The notes under the pieces are model-generated. The model was not told the DNA's origin and did not search any database. It worked only from the letters and a program-made list of their open reading frames with translations. From Hydrolagus colliei (Eukaryota), in contig CM068779.1 in the NCBI GenBank assembly GCA_035084275.1, forward strand, positions 1,550,001 through 1,614,000: 64,000 bases of DNA. The letters are read 5' to 3'. Both the position numbers and the translations under genes were made by a program. Shown here piece after piece: positions 35,301 to 47,427 of this stretch; positions within the stretch are counted from its first letter, which is position 1, and every line of letters starts with the position of its first letter.

Positions 35301-38196
35301 CCAACAACAACAACTTGCACTTATACGGCGCCCTCTCACAGCGTTTGACAAAAGATTATAAGAATATAAAAACAATCCATGCAATCAACGTAACTCTTAA
35401 AAAAAACACAACTGCAAATTTTACATGTTGCTCGTGTGTGTGTATGTGCGTAATAAAATAATAAGAATGATACTTACCTTTATATAGCGATTTCCACGTC
35501 TTATCGACGTCTCAAAGCGTTTCACAGAAAACAACAACATCCCAAAGGTAGCGACAACAACAGCTTTGATTTATATAGTGCCCTCCACGCCGGACGGCGT
35601 CTGAGAGCGCTTCACAATAGCGGATCCTGGGACCGAGACAGGGGCAGGAAGGTGACCAAAGGCGCGGTCAAAGAGAAAGGTCTTTAGCCGGGACCTGAAG
35701 CTGAGAAGAGAGGGGGCGAGGCGAAGGGAGCGAGGGAGGGAGTTCCAGAGCGTTGTGGCTGAAGGCACGGCCGCCGAGGGTGAAGTGGAGGATCTCTTCC
35801 TGACGTACACACTCACACTAACAATCTCTCACACGCAGACTGACACTCACACACACACACACACACTCTGACAGCAGTGGTCCTGGAGTCGAGGGCGGGG
35901 GAATGGAAGGGTTTGCTGATCCCAGCCGTGGTGGGGAGATGAATAAGCCGCATATCAGCCCAACTCGTTTGCTGTAAGAAAGTGAGACAGTCAACATAGA
36001 CAAGCAGTAGATAGGAAGAGTTGTGCTGAAGGCACAGAGAGCAACGTTAACCTGACTTTGTATTTCACATCTGATTAACAACATCATCATAGATTGTGGT
36101 GACAGCACAGAACTGTGTCTGCGTCTGTGCTGGTGCTCGCTCCCCCACTGGAGCTCTCTACTCTCACCCCATTCCCTGTTGTGTTCTATCATGTCTGTTC
36201 TGGTGCTCTCTAAGACTCTTATCTTACTGAACAACAACAAAATTACATTTGTATAGCGTCTTTCATGTCAGGAGGATGTCCCAAGGTGTTTGACAGATAC
36301 TGCTTCAGACCCGAGCTGAGGATGGGAGGGGCGGAGGGAGGGGGGAGGGATGTGGGGGGATTAGGAGTTGCCGATAGGTCCATCAAAGAGGAGGGTCTTG
36401 AGGCGAGACTTGAAGGGGGCGAGGCAGAGGGACTTCGGGATGGAGTTTCACAGGTGTTGGAGGCAAGAGTGGCTGAAGGCTCGCCCACTAATGATTGGTT
36501 GGACGAGTGGATCGGGGGATGTGGAGCAGGCCAGAGCCTGCTGAACGGAGGGGTCGGGCAGGTTGGTAAGGGGGATAGGAGGTCACGGATGTTGTGGGTG
36601 GGGTGGGGGGCAAGGTTGTGGAGAGCTTTAAATGTGAGGACCAGGATGTTGAATTGGATCCTCTGGATGATGGGGAGCCAATGGAGTTGGGCGAGGATGG
36701 GGGGAGCTGTGGTCACGGAGTTTGGAATGGTAGAGGACACAGGCCACAGAGTTCTGGATTATCTGCAGCTCGTGGAGGGAGGAATTGGGAAGGCCAACCA
36801 GCAGGGCATTTGCATAATCAAGCCGGGATGTAATGAAGGCTTGGATGAGGGTTTCAGCGGCTTTGGAGGAGGAGTGAGGTAATGACGGAGCCGGGAAATG
36901 TTGCGGAGTTGGGGAAAGGCTGAGCGAGTTATTGCTGGGATGCAGTGGAGGAAACACAGTTGAGGGTCGAACAAGACACCTAGGTTCCTGACTGGCTTGC
37001 TGAGGTTGAATGTGCAACCATGGAGGTTGATGCCGTACTGTCAGGGATCTGCTCCTGAGCTGGGGGTTGGGATCAGGAGGGAGTGGGGGGCATGGAGGGT
37101 AGGGATAGGAGAGTGATCAAGGGTGCAGTTGGTCGAAGAGAATCATCTCCCGACACGGGAAGGAGTCGAGGGAGGAGGTCAAGGCGTAGACTGAGGCAGT
37201 GGGAGAGGGTGGGGACGGTGAGGCTGAAGGCCTGGCCATCGATGATGGGAGTGGGAGAGGCGAACGATATGAAGCAGGCTGGAGCTTGCTGAGTGGGGGG
37301 AGTTGGTTGGGGGTTAAACATCACAGGGGAAGGGAGGTCGCACATCTGAGGTTGCACTCTCAACCTCTCTAAGCCAGTCAGGAACCTGGGTGTCTAGATC
37401 GACCCTGCATTGTCCTTCCTCTCCCCACATCCGCGCCATGACCAGTACTGCCTTCCACCACCTTCTCAAATTCGCCAGACTCCGCCACTGCCTCACCCCT
37501 CAGGCCGCTGAAACCCTAGTCTACACATTTGGACCAAGCTCGACTATGGAAACTCTCCTCGTCGGCCTTCCTGGTTCTTCCCTTCACAAGCTGCAGATCA
37601 TCCAGAACTCAGCCTCTGTGCCTCCCACAATCTGGAACTCCATCCCACGGTCCCTTCTCCTCGCTCCCTCCCTCGTCTCATTCAAGGCTGGTCTGAAGAC
37701 CCACCTCTTCGACCATGCCGTCTGCAGCCCTCCCAACTCTCTCCCTCCCCTCCTAACTCTCGCCCGCCTCTGCCCCCTACCCTGCCCCTCTCCCTTGCTC
37801 GGGTCTTGACCTGACTGTTTAGCGCCATGAGACGTCCTCCCGACGTGAAAGGCTGTCTCTACAAATGTCATTTTGCTGTTGTCGTTATTTTGAGGCCATG
37901 GCGAGCCTTTTCGTTCAGGATCAGGATCCATTGACTAACAATCGGGTTCCCACTGACTGCTGGTAAACAGAGGCGTGTGTGTGGGGTGGGGGGATGTGGA
38001 GTTAGGAAGCTTTCCTGATCTTTCACGCCCAGCCTGGGAATTGAACCCACTTGCGAGGCGAATGCTCTAACCACAAGATCAACAAACAGCCAGCCAGCGA
38101 GCGAGTGAGTGAGTCGAGGTCTGGATCTAGTGTTTGTCATTAATAATAATAGTCCTTTAGGAACTTACCAGCTTGTCTTCTCAGGGACAGATGTCT

Positions 38197-38282
38197 TTAA
38201 TAGATGAACTGTGACACTAAAGCGATCAGAATCACGCCAACATTGAGCCCAACATGGACGGACGCACTGCTATTCTTTTCAT
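38197..38282 (-). CDS. Second GPI-signal-like exon (DEKNSSASVHVGLNVGVILIALVSQFIY*); exon continues to donor at 38169
   Basis: Inverted near-identical copy of 30416-30529 with intact splice sites. Confidence 0.75.
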
Positions 38283-40779
38283 CTGTTTAGCAAGGAAAGG
38301 ATTTGATGTAAACGTGGATGTAGGGAGAACAGTTACCAGCCTGTTCTGCTTTAGTTTAACTGAAACTCAAGTCAACAGAATTTTACTTTCAACAAGAAAT
38401 TGGTGTGGAGTAAGGAAACTTGCCCAAGGTTTCGCCCAGATCTGCCCGGATTCGAACATTGCTCTCACGCTTGTAAGGCGAGTTCTCTAACCACTGAGCT
38501 ACAGGAAGGAGCAGCTCAATGGAATTCAACAACAACAACAACAAAATTACATTGAAAGAGCGTCGGGAGGACGTCCCAAGGCGCTGAACAGTTATGTTGG
38601 GACCTGAGTGGGGAGGAAGGGTCGGGGTAGGGGCAGGGGGGACGGTGAGTGGGAAAGGGGGGAGAGTTAGGAGGGCAGTAGAAGGTGCGGTCGAAGAGGA
38701 AGGTCTTGAGACCAGCTCACAGTGTGGGAGCAGAGAGGCTGCAACAGGTATTTGGTAACCAACCTCTCATCATTTCTTAAACTGTTTGCCTTCACCAAAT
38801 CTTAAAGATGCTTTCCTGTAACTAGCAGTAAGTATAGGATCCAAATTATTAGTTCATTGTTGGATTACTTTTCCAGGTGTAAAAATTCATTCCAAAAATA
38901 ATAATAATAATTTGATCACTCCACAGGACAAGCTTCTCTGTCCACACACACACACATACACACACACAAACACCTCTGTCTACCCAGTACGTAGTAAGTA
39001 GGAACCAGATTGTTGGATTGCTTTTCTGGGGGTAACAATCCATTCAAAAATAACTAATAATAATAATAATTTGGTCATTCAATCCACAGATGTTTGTCGG
39101 ACGTCTCTGTGCACAATCACCCACAAAACACATACACTTTACAGCATGTTCTATAAAGCGCTTTGAGACGTTGTGAAGACATGATAAGGCCTTTTATTAT
39201 AATCTATTCTATGATCATTCCCAATTCACATCTGTTGAGATTGATTGTCATACATTATAGCCATAGATTATAGAAAAATTAAACACACCAATAATGATAC
39301 AGTTCACCCGAGTGTAAATTAATATTCTTGGTGATGATTCATGATTTGAACAAAATGATTGTAACTCAATGAGCCCAACATTAGCCCATGGTCTGGGCTG
39401 ACACACCATTGCAGTGTTGGGGAGTTGCACAATTATCAGAGTTCCTAAATATCTGGATTAAACTACAGACTGCTCTGTCTGTCCAGATGGAATTTAAAAA
39501 TCCCACAGCACTGTTTAGAAAGAGAAGGGAATTTCTCTGGTGTCCCAACCAAGAATCCCCCAAATAAAATTGGTCTCTTGATTCATGCTGTTTGCAGATG
39601 TCACTGTTTTCAAAGTGGCTGGCATATGGCATATAAATTTCACCCACAAATATACAGTCAATTCACTTTACAATGAAGCGCTTTGAGACATCGATTAGAT
39701 GTGAAAAACTCTATATCAAAATACTAGGAGTATTTTTTTTAGAAATATACAGCAACCACACTTTACAATAAATCCTATGAAGCATTGTGAAATGTCTCAA
39801 TGACTTGATAAGACATATAAAATGCAAGGATTATTTAGTGTATCATAAGGACAACACAGGCCAAATGGTCTCCTTCTGTGCTGTAATATTCTATGATCCA
39901 GTAATGTTCTTTGAACAGTAAATAGAATGGACAAATAGGAAACTGTGCTTTTTAATAATAATGCTTGCATTTGATACAGCACCTAATGACATTGTTGTGA
40001 CTTCTCAAAGCACACCATGGAGTAAATAGCTTGGGTATTTTATAATAATCCGTCCAAAAAAACACACAATACTGTAATAAAAATTGGACATTTCAATCCA
40101 TGACTGTTTGTGGGACACTGCTGTGTGCAATTGGCTAACGGGTTTCACCACAAATGTACAGTCAATTCACGTTACAGTATATTTTGTGAAGCGCTTTAGA
40201 TGTCGATACGTTGTGAAAATGCTATATCAAATACAAGGATTATTCTTCTTATTTTGTGGGTGAAACACAGCAGCCAATTGCGCACAGCAGTGTCCAACAA
40301 ACTTTCAAGGATTGATTTGGAGGCAATCACCAACAAGTGGGTTCCTATTTACTGCTAGGTAAACAGTGGTGTTTATGTGTAATAAGAACATTTACCTAAG
40401 GTATCCCCTCACCCAGAAATCAAAACCATGTTCTCGAACTTGTCAAATCGCAAATAATGGTACTTATTAAAGATATGTGGCCACATGTGCCAAAAGCACT
40501 AGATTTCACTACTATAATTAAATGCCTTTGAGAGAGAAACTAGGAAAATAACTCATACTGTACTGTATATCGATATGGCAGAAACATTATTTCTCTACTT
40601 TAAGCAGCTGAATGACATGAAATTGAACCATCAGATCATGAGCAGCTCATCCAGTTGTCTGGATATAAAACATTTTGTTTGAACATGAGTCTGCTCCCTA
40701 AACATGGTGACCAGGTCAGTGACAAACATGAATGGCACATAGATAGGTTATTGTTAAATAGAACTGTTACTGTACTTAC

Positions 40780-41094
40780 CCAGCACTGTCGGGGTGATTT
40801 TCGCTGATGCCTTTTGGTTAGTGGCTGAGGTCATGCTTACTGTGTACTCTCCAGCGTCATTATAATTCACAGATGTTAGCTGGAGAGACCAAGTGGGGAG
40901 TAACACAGCCCGGTCTTGGTAAATCGGGTTTACACTTCCACCTCCAGCTGGAAACGAGTCAACAACAATCACAGTCCCGAAACTCCGGTCACCACTCCTC
41001 ACCTCACCAGACGGTTTCACTGTAAGCTCACCTTTACCTCCGACAGGGGCTTTAATGGGATTGTGTGGGACAGTGATGGTGAACTGGGCTGTAA
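40780..41094 (-). pseudogene. Decayed N1 exon lacking its leader
   Basis: Acceptor AG>AA (41095-96), W>R, W>S and L>P changes, leader region deleted at ~41190. Confidence 0.8.
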
Positions 41095-41523
41095 TTGGAG
41101 AGAGAGAAGATCACATTAACGACAGCGAGGCATCGGCTGCATACACATCTACACAGTCCGTCCTGACTGATGCCCTCCTCTCTCTCTCTATCAGCAACCC
41201 ACTGTTTGTGGGGGACGCTGCCGCAGTCGGCTGCCGCGTTCCGCCCACAAACGTACAGTCTTTTCACTCTACAGTATATTCTGTGAAGCGCTTTTGAGAC
41301 GTCTGGAAGGCGTGAAAAGCTCTTCATCAAATGCGAGGATTATCATTGCTATAATTAACTGAGAGCTCGTGAGATAGACAGACTCACCCACACAGACACA
41401 GCGCAATATCAAATGAAAGGAGCATTATTATTATTTTGTGTGACGATGTTAATTTAAATCTTCTACCTAAACTTGGTGACCAGCTTAGTGTTAAATGGAA
41501 CAGTTACTTACCATTCACTTTCA

Positions 41524-42756
41524 ACAACAACAACAACAAATTACACTTATAGAGCGCCTTTCACGTCTGGAGGACGTCCCAAGGCGCTGCACAGGAGGCG
41601 TGTGACCCGAGCTGGGAGGGGAGTGTTTGGGAAGGGGTGAAACACGAAGGGGAGGTCGAAAAATTCGGGGTGGAACAAAAGGCACGGTCAAAGAGGAAAG
41701 TCTTCAAACCGGCCTTGAAAGAGGAAAGGGAAGAAACGAGACGGAGGGATTGAGGGATGGAATTCCATAGGGTCGGAGCAGAGAAACTGAAGGCCCAGCC
41801 TCCGATGGTGGGGCGGTTCGTGCGGGGGGCTTGGAGCAGGCCAAGTCCTGTTGAACGGAGGGTCCGGGTGGGCTTGTAGGGGAAGAGTAAATTGGTTAAA
41901 TAGGGCGGGGCAAGGCCATGTAAAGCCTTGAAGGTGAGGACGAGGATCTTGAACTCGATCCTCTGGAGGATGGGGAGCCAGTGGAGACGGGCGAGGGTGG
42001 GGGTTATATGGTCGCGGAGGCGGGTGCGGGATAATACATGGGCTGCAGAGTTTTGGATGTTCTCCAGCCTGTGAATGGAGGAACTGGGGAGGCCGACGAG
42101 GAGAGAGTTTCCGTAGTCCAGCCGTGAGGTGATGTACGCGTGCACGAGTGTTTCAGCAGCGCGGGGGGTAAGATAATTGCGGAGCCTGGCAATGTTGCGC
42201 AGGTGGAAGTAAACGGTGCCGGTCAAGGCGCGGATGTGGGGGAGGAAGGAGAGTTTATGGTCGAACGTGATGCCGAGGTTCCTGACTGGCTTTGTGAGGT
42301 GGAGAGTGCAGCCTTGGATGTTGAGGCTGGCAGCGCCCGATGTGCGGAGGCGCTGGCTTGAGCCAATCAGGAGGGCCTCGGTCTTGCTCACGTTCAATTG
42401 GAGGAAGTTGTCCCTCGTCCAGGACTCGATGTCGGACAGACATGCTGTCAGAACATCGTTGGTCTGGGGGTTGAGGGATGAGGCAGAAAGGTACAACTGG
42501 ATGTCGTCCGCATACATGTGGAAATATACCCCATGTTTGCGTATGACATCGCCCAGAGGGAGCGTGTAAATGGTGAAAAGGAGGGGGCCGAGGACAGAGC
42601 CCAGAGGGACGCCGTGAGAGACTATGCGGGGGTTAGAGGAGAAACTGTTGGAAGAAACAAAATGTAGGCAGTGGGTCAGGTAGGAATGGAACCAGTCAAG
42701 GACTGTGCCTTGAAGGTGGGAGGAAAGTCGTTGGAGGAGGATGGTGTGATCGACTG
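41524..42756 (-). mobile_element. 5'-truncated L2 LINE inserted 12 nt inside an N2 exon end (remnant 41512-41523)
   Basis: ORF 41561-42517 with YADD; (ttg)n tail abuts ttacttac|cattcactttca, homologous to 54851-54870. Confidence 0.93.
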
Positions 42757-43526
42757 GTGTGATCTAGATACAGCCCATCACCAGCAATACAAATCCCTAT
42801 AAGCCTGAACACCATAACTGTGCAAACAAAAGGAGACAGATATTACAATAAAACTTGTCTGTTGTAATGTGAAATAATAGTTTGTCTAATGTATAAAATC
42901 AATTCTGTCCCTTGAAATTCCACTTGGGTCTCAAATGACGCTATTATTTAGCATTTCAGAGCAAGCAGAAATTTGCCCAATTTCTGTAGTTCAGTAGACA
43001 CTATTTAAGAATTTAATTCTATATGCTGTGAAATGATAATACAATAGATACGTCTAGAACCAAGGGGGAATATCTCCCCCTACATTTTAACTGATTCCCA
43101 ATTTAGTGGAGCTTTAATCACTGTTCATCATTTCAATGTTTTCAATTATTAATGTATTTATTTCAGGAATGGACAAGTGCTTTCATTCTTTGGGTATAAT
43201 TGAAAGTTTGCAGTGATGCAAACAGAATTAAAATCTAATAGTTTAATGCTGGTTTAGATTGAAATTCATAATGAAATGAGTTAATGAAAATGTCAATTTC
43301 TGAGTTTAAGCTGGATGTTCTTTTACCTTCTCATTGTTTTTATAATTACAAACCTTTTGTTGCATATCATCAAATTCAGTGTTTGTTGAAGGGTTCGATT
43401 ATTTGGTGTCCACAATGGATAACTAGGGTATAATACTTGCAGAAGCAAATATTGCTTAACATTAACCACGATTATAAAAATAACTCACAGAAATATAACG
43501 TTGAAGCTGCTTGCTGTGACACTTAC

Positions 43527-43837
43527 AGTTGATATCGAGAACATATGGAAGGCTGGTGCTGTTACTAACAGCGTTGTAGGCATAGCATGTGTAATTCCCA
43601 CTGTCAGACCTCAAAACTCCAGCTAGAGTCAGGCTGTTGTTATCCACAATTAAAACAATCCTGTTGTAAAGGCGCTCTATAAATGTAAATTGTTGTTGTC
43701 ATAGCTGATTGGTTTATTGTCTTTCAACCATTGATATGAAACGTCTGTCCCTGATGCATTGCACGTCAGCCCCACAGTGTCATTATATTCTACTGGCTGG
43801 GTGACATTGGGGGTGACAACAATATTGGAAACAGAAT
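43527..43837 (-). pseudogene. IgC2 A-domain exon disrupted by a 26-bp L2-tail insertion
   Basis: DSVSNIVVTPNVTQPVEYNDTVGLTC...SYDN[insert]RIVLIVDNNSLTLAGVLRSDSGNYTC; paralog of 22496-22774. Confidence 0.88.
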
Positions 43838-45789
43838 CTGTCAAAACACAGGAGAATATTTATATTGTGTATTACATTCTGAGTAATATACAACAGCTTG
43901 TGGGGAACTCAAGTCACTTAAAACATCAGCAACAACAATTTGCATTTATACAGTGACCTTCCTGTAATGTACCGTCTCAAACTCTTGGCAGAATTGGAGG
44001 CTAAGATGGGGAGACAGTGGAGGAAACCATAGGCACGGTCAAAGAGGAACATCTTCGGGTGAGATTTGAATTTAAAAACTTGCATTTATTTAGCGCTGCT
44101 CACATGGGGTAACGTCCCAAATCTTTACACTTGGTGTAAAGATTAAAGACAACAACAACAACAAAATGACATTTATACAGCGTCTGTTGCCACCCAAAAT
44201 CTGCGATGTCCTAATCCCCTACCAACCTGCTTCGGCCGGCTCCAAGACGTGCGACTCACCCATCCCATCATTGGAAAGCAAGTCATCAGTCACTCTGCCC
44301 CCAACTTCTGGAACTCCATCCCGCAGTCCCTCAGCCTCGTCCCCTTGCAAGTCGCCCTCAAGACCTCTCTGACCTGCTGAGAAGACAAGAGAAGTTGAGG
44401 CAGTGAGTTCCAGGGATTCAGGGAAAAGTGGCTGAATATGGAAAAGCGGGATCAGGCGATGTGCAGAATGCCTCAGCAAGCCAAGTAAAAGGGCTGGGAA
44501 GAGGTGGGAGGAGTGAGGTGTGTGCAAGTAGGATAGGGCTTAGACCATCAAATGATTTACCTTTGAAACTTCAGTGATTGGTTTGTTCATCAACATGGTT
44601 CACTTGACATCCAAGAGAAAATACATTTTGCTTTTCATCCTAACCAAATGTGTATGTTCTGCAGTACAGCATTTATAATATAATTCTGGTGTCAATCGAG
44701 AATATTCCAGGACAGTATTTTTAACTGGATACTCACTGTCCATATTATCTTCATTAATCGGCAAGCATGCTATCAATAACTTTTCTGCTGTGTTCACCAA
44801 CAAATAACAACAACAACAAAATCACAACTGTTTAGCGCCTTTCGTGTTGGGAGGACGTTCCAAGCCGCTGGACAGTCATTTTTTCCGACCCGAGCTGGGG
44901 TCAAGGACAGGGAGGGTGGAGGGAAAAGGTGGCAGTTGGGGTGACCGATGGAACCATCGAAGAGGAGGTCTTGAGGGGGACTTGCGAGGAGACGAGGCTG
45001 AGGGACTGCGGGATGGAGTTCCAGAGGTTGAGGGCAGAGTGACTGATGGCTTGCTTTCCAATGGTGGGGTGGGTGTGTCCGGGTTCTTGGAGCCAGCCGA
45101 AGCGGGTTGGTAGGGGATTAGGACATCGCAGATTTAGGGTGGAGCAGGTGGCAGGGGACTAGGAGGTCGCAGATGTAGGGTTGGGCTTTGAATGTGAGGA
45201 CCAAGTTCTTGAATTGGATCCTCTGGGTGATGGGGAGCAATGGAGTTGGGCAAGGATGGGAGAGATGGTGTCACGGGGTTTGGTGTGGTAGAGGACACAA
45301 TCTGCAGAGTTCTGGATTATCAGCAATCTATGGAGGGCAGAATTGGGAAGGCCAATAAACACAATATTGGTGTAGTGGAGGTCGGGATGTGATTTACGCG
45401 TGAATGAGGGTTTCAGCAGCCTTGGGGGTGAGGTAATGGTGGAGTCGGGCAATATTGTGGAGGTGAGGGAAGGCAGAACGGATCATGGCTTGGATGTGGG
45501 GAAGGAAAGACAGTTGAGGATCTAACAAGACTCCTAATTCCTGACTGACTTGGTGAGGTTAAGTGTGCAATCATGGAGGTAGCTGCTGCCTGATGCTTAT
45601 GCTCATGCCTGATGATTAAAACAATTTGCAATTAAATAGTGCCCTTCACACAGGGTAGTGTTTCAAAGAGTTCAACTCCCTGACAAAACACTATAAAGGA
45701 AATCTACTTTGAGATGTCCTTCCAAAATGAAAAGTTCTATATATCAAATTGTAAGATCATTCTTCTTCTTATTAATAATCATTTGCCAT

Positions 45790-46210
45790 CGTGGCTCAGT
45801 GGTAGCACTCTAACTCTGAGTCAGAAGGTTGTGTCCCACTTCAGAGATTGAAGTCATATTGTCTCAGATGACACTGCAAAGCTGTGCTGAGGTTTGGTTG
45901 CACTCTATTTATTGGAAGTGCCGTCCTATGGATGAGATGTTAAACTGAGATCCTGTCGGCCTGTTCAGGCAGATACTAAACAACTCCTGATAAAGAGAAG
46001 TGAATTTCTCCTAGTGTCCTGGCCAACAAGCCCCCAAATCAAATTGGTTATTAATTTCATGGCTGTTTGGGGGACATTGCTGTACGTGATTGTGCTGCTG
46101 TGTTTGCCTCCAGATACACAATCTCTCCACTTCGTAGGAATGTGATGTACTTTGAGCTAGCCTTCCAGTGTGATAAGGCGCTACACCAAAGGCAAGGATT
46201 ATTATTATTA
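45790..46210 (+). mobile_element. Older full-length DeuSINE (SacSINE1-like)
   Basis: gtggctcagtggtagcactct..ctctgagtcagaaggttgtg head, ggatgagatgttaaac and gtgtcctggccaa central motifs, L2-type tail. Confidence 0.65.
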
Positions 46211-47427
46211 TTTAATTACAGTTTAAATTGTTATCTAGAGGTAAGTTCTGAATGATGGTCAGCCAGACCAATAATACAGCCATTAATCTTACTTTTCTCA
46301 GTATGTTTAAGCATTCTTTTGCAGGAGGCTTATATTTTGTTCCCTGGGTACTTCGTCAAGCTATTTGTGAATATTCCAATGAATATTCCCAGTTGCACTG
46401 AAGATTATAGGAATTATGTTTGTTTTACATTGTCACAAATGTCTGCAATCAAATTGTAGATTGATATATTTCCTGATTTTCTTTTTTTTTCACGCAATGA
46501 GTTGTTCGAATCTGGAATGCACTGCCTGAAAGAGTGGTGGAGGTTGATTGGATAACTTTAAGAGAGTGGTTATCTGGGGAGGATAAGTTTGCGGGCTTAT
46601 GCGGAGAGAGCCGGGGAGTGGGATTGACTTTGAATAGCCACATTATTCTACATACATAATACATAATAACAACAACTTGGATGTATATAGCGCCCTGCAC
46701 CCCGAAAGGCATCTCAGAGCGCTTCCCAATAACGGAGCCCGGGGCCGAGCCAGTGAGAGGGGGAAGTCAGTGACCAAAAGCTTCATCGATAAGAAAGGTG
46801 TTTAGCCAAGACCTGAGGTAGGAAGAGAGGGGGCAAGATGAAGGAAGTGAAGAAGGGAGTTCCAGAGCCTCGGGGCGTAGTGGCTGAAGGCATGGCAACC
46901 GATGGTAGTGCGGAGGATTCGGGGGACAAGGAGGCAGCCAGATCCGGTGAAGTGAAGGCAATGGGTGCTGTTGTGAGGAGAACGGAGGTCAGAGATGTAA
47001 GTGTAGAAGAGTGGAGGGATTTAAATACAAGTGTGATGCCTCGGTTCCATACGGGTTCGGGTAGGTGGAGGAGTTGGGAACCATTTGACTGAAGATGTTG
47101 ATGAGAGCCAAAGAGTATGGCTTCTGTCATATCAACATTTAGCTAAAGGAAATTTGTGCTCATCCAGCCCATGATGGCTGACACAACATCAGGGGACTAG
47201 GGGGTCGCAAAGTGAGGTGGAAAAATTGAGTTGGGTGTCATCCGCATACACGTAGAAGTGTTCCCGTGTCTTTGGATGACATCCCCAAGAGGGAGCATAT
47301 AAATTAGGAAGAGGAGAAGGCCAAGAATGGATCTTTGGGGTACCTGACAGGTAACTGGGTGAGAGCGGGAGGAAAGGCCGTTTGTGGAGATGTACTGTTG
47401 GCGGTTTGTGAGGTAGGACTCAAACCA

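Noticed and set aside
42757-42840. Strong minus-strand acceptor followed by a short segment cut by L2
   Set aside because: Phase-1 reading does not match a B, TM or GPI exon; too short to assign.
44600-44803. ORF containing ITIM-like LEYSRL
   Set aside because: The motif lies 3' of a strong gtgagt donor-like site, is not linked to any TM exon, and has no recognisable homology.
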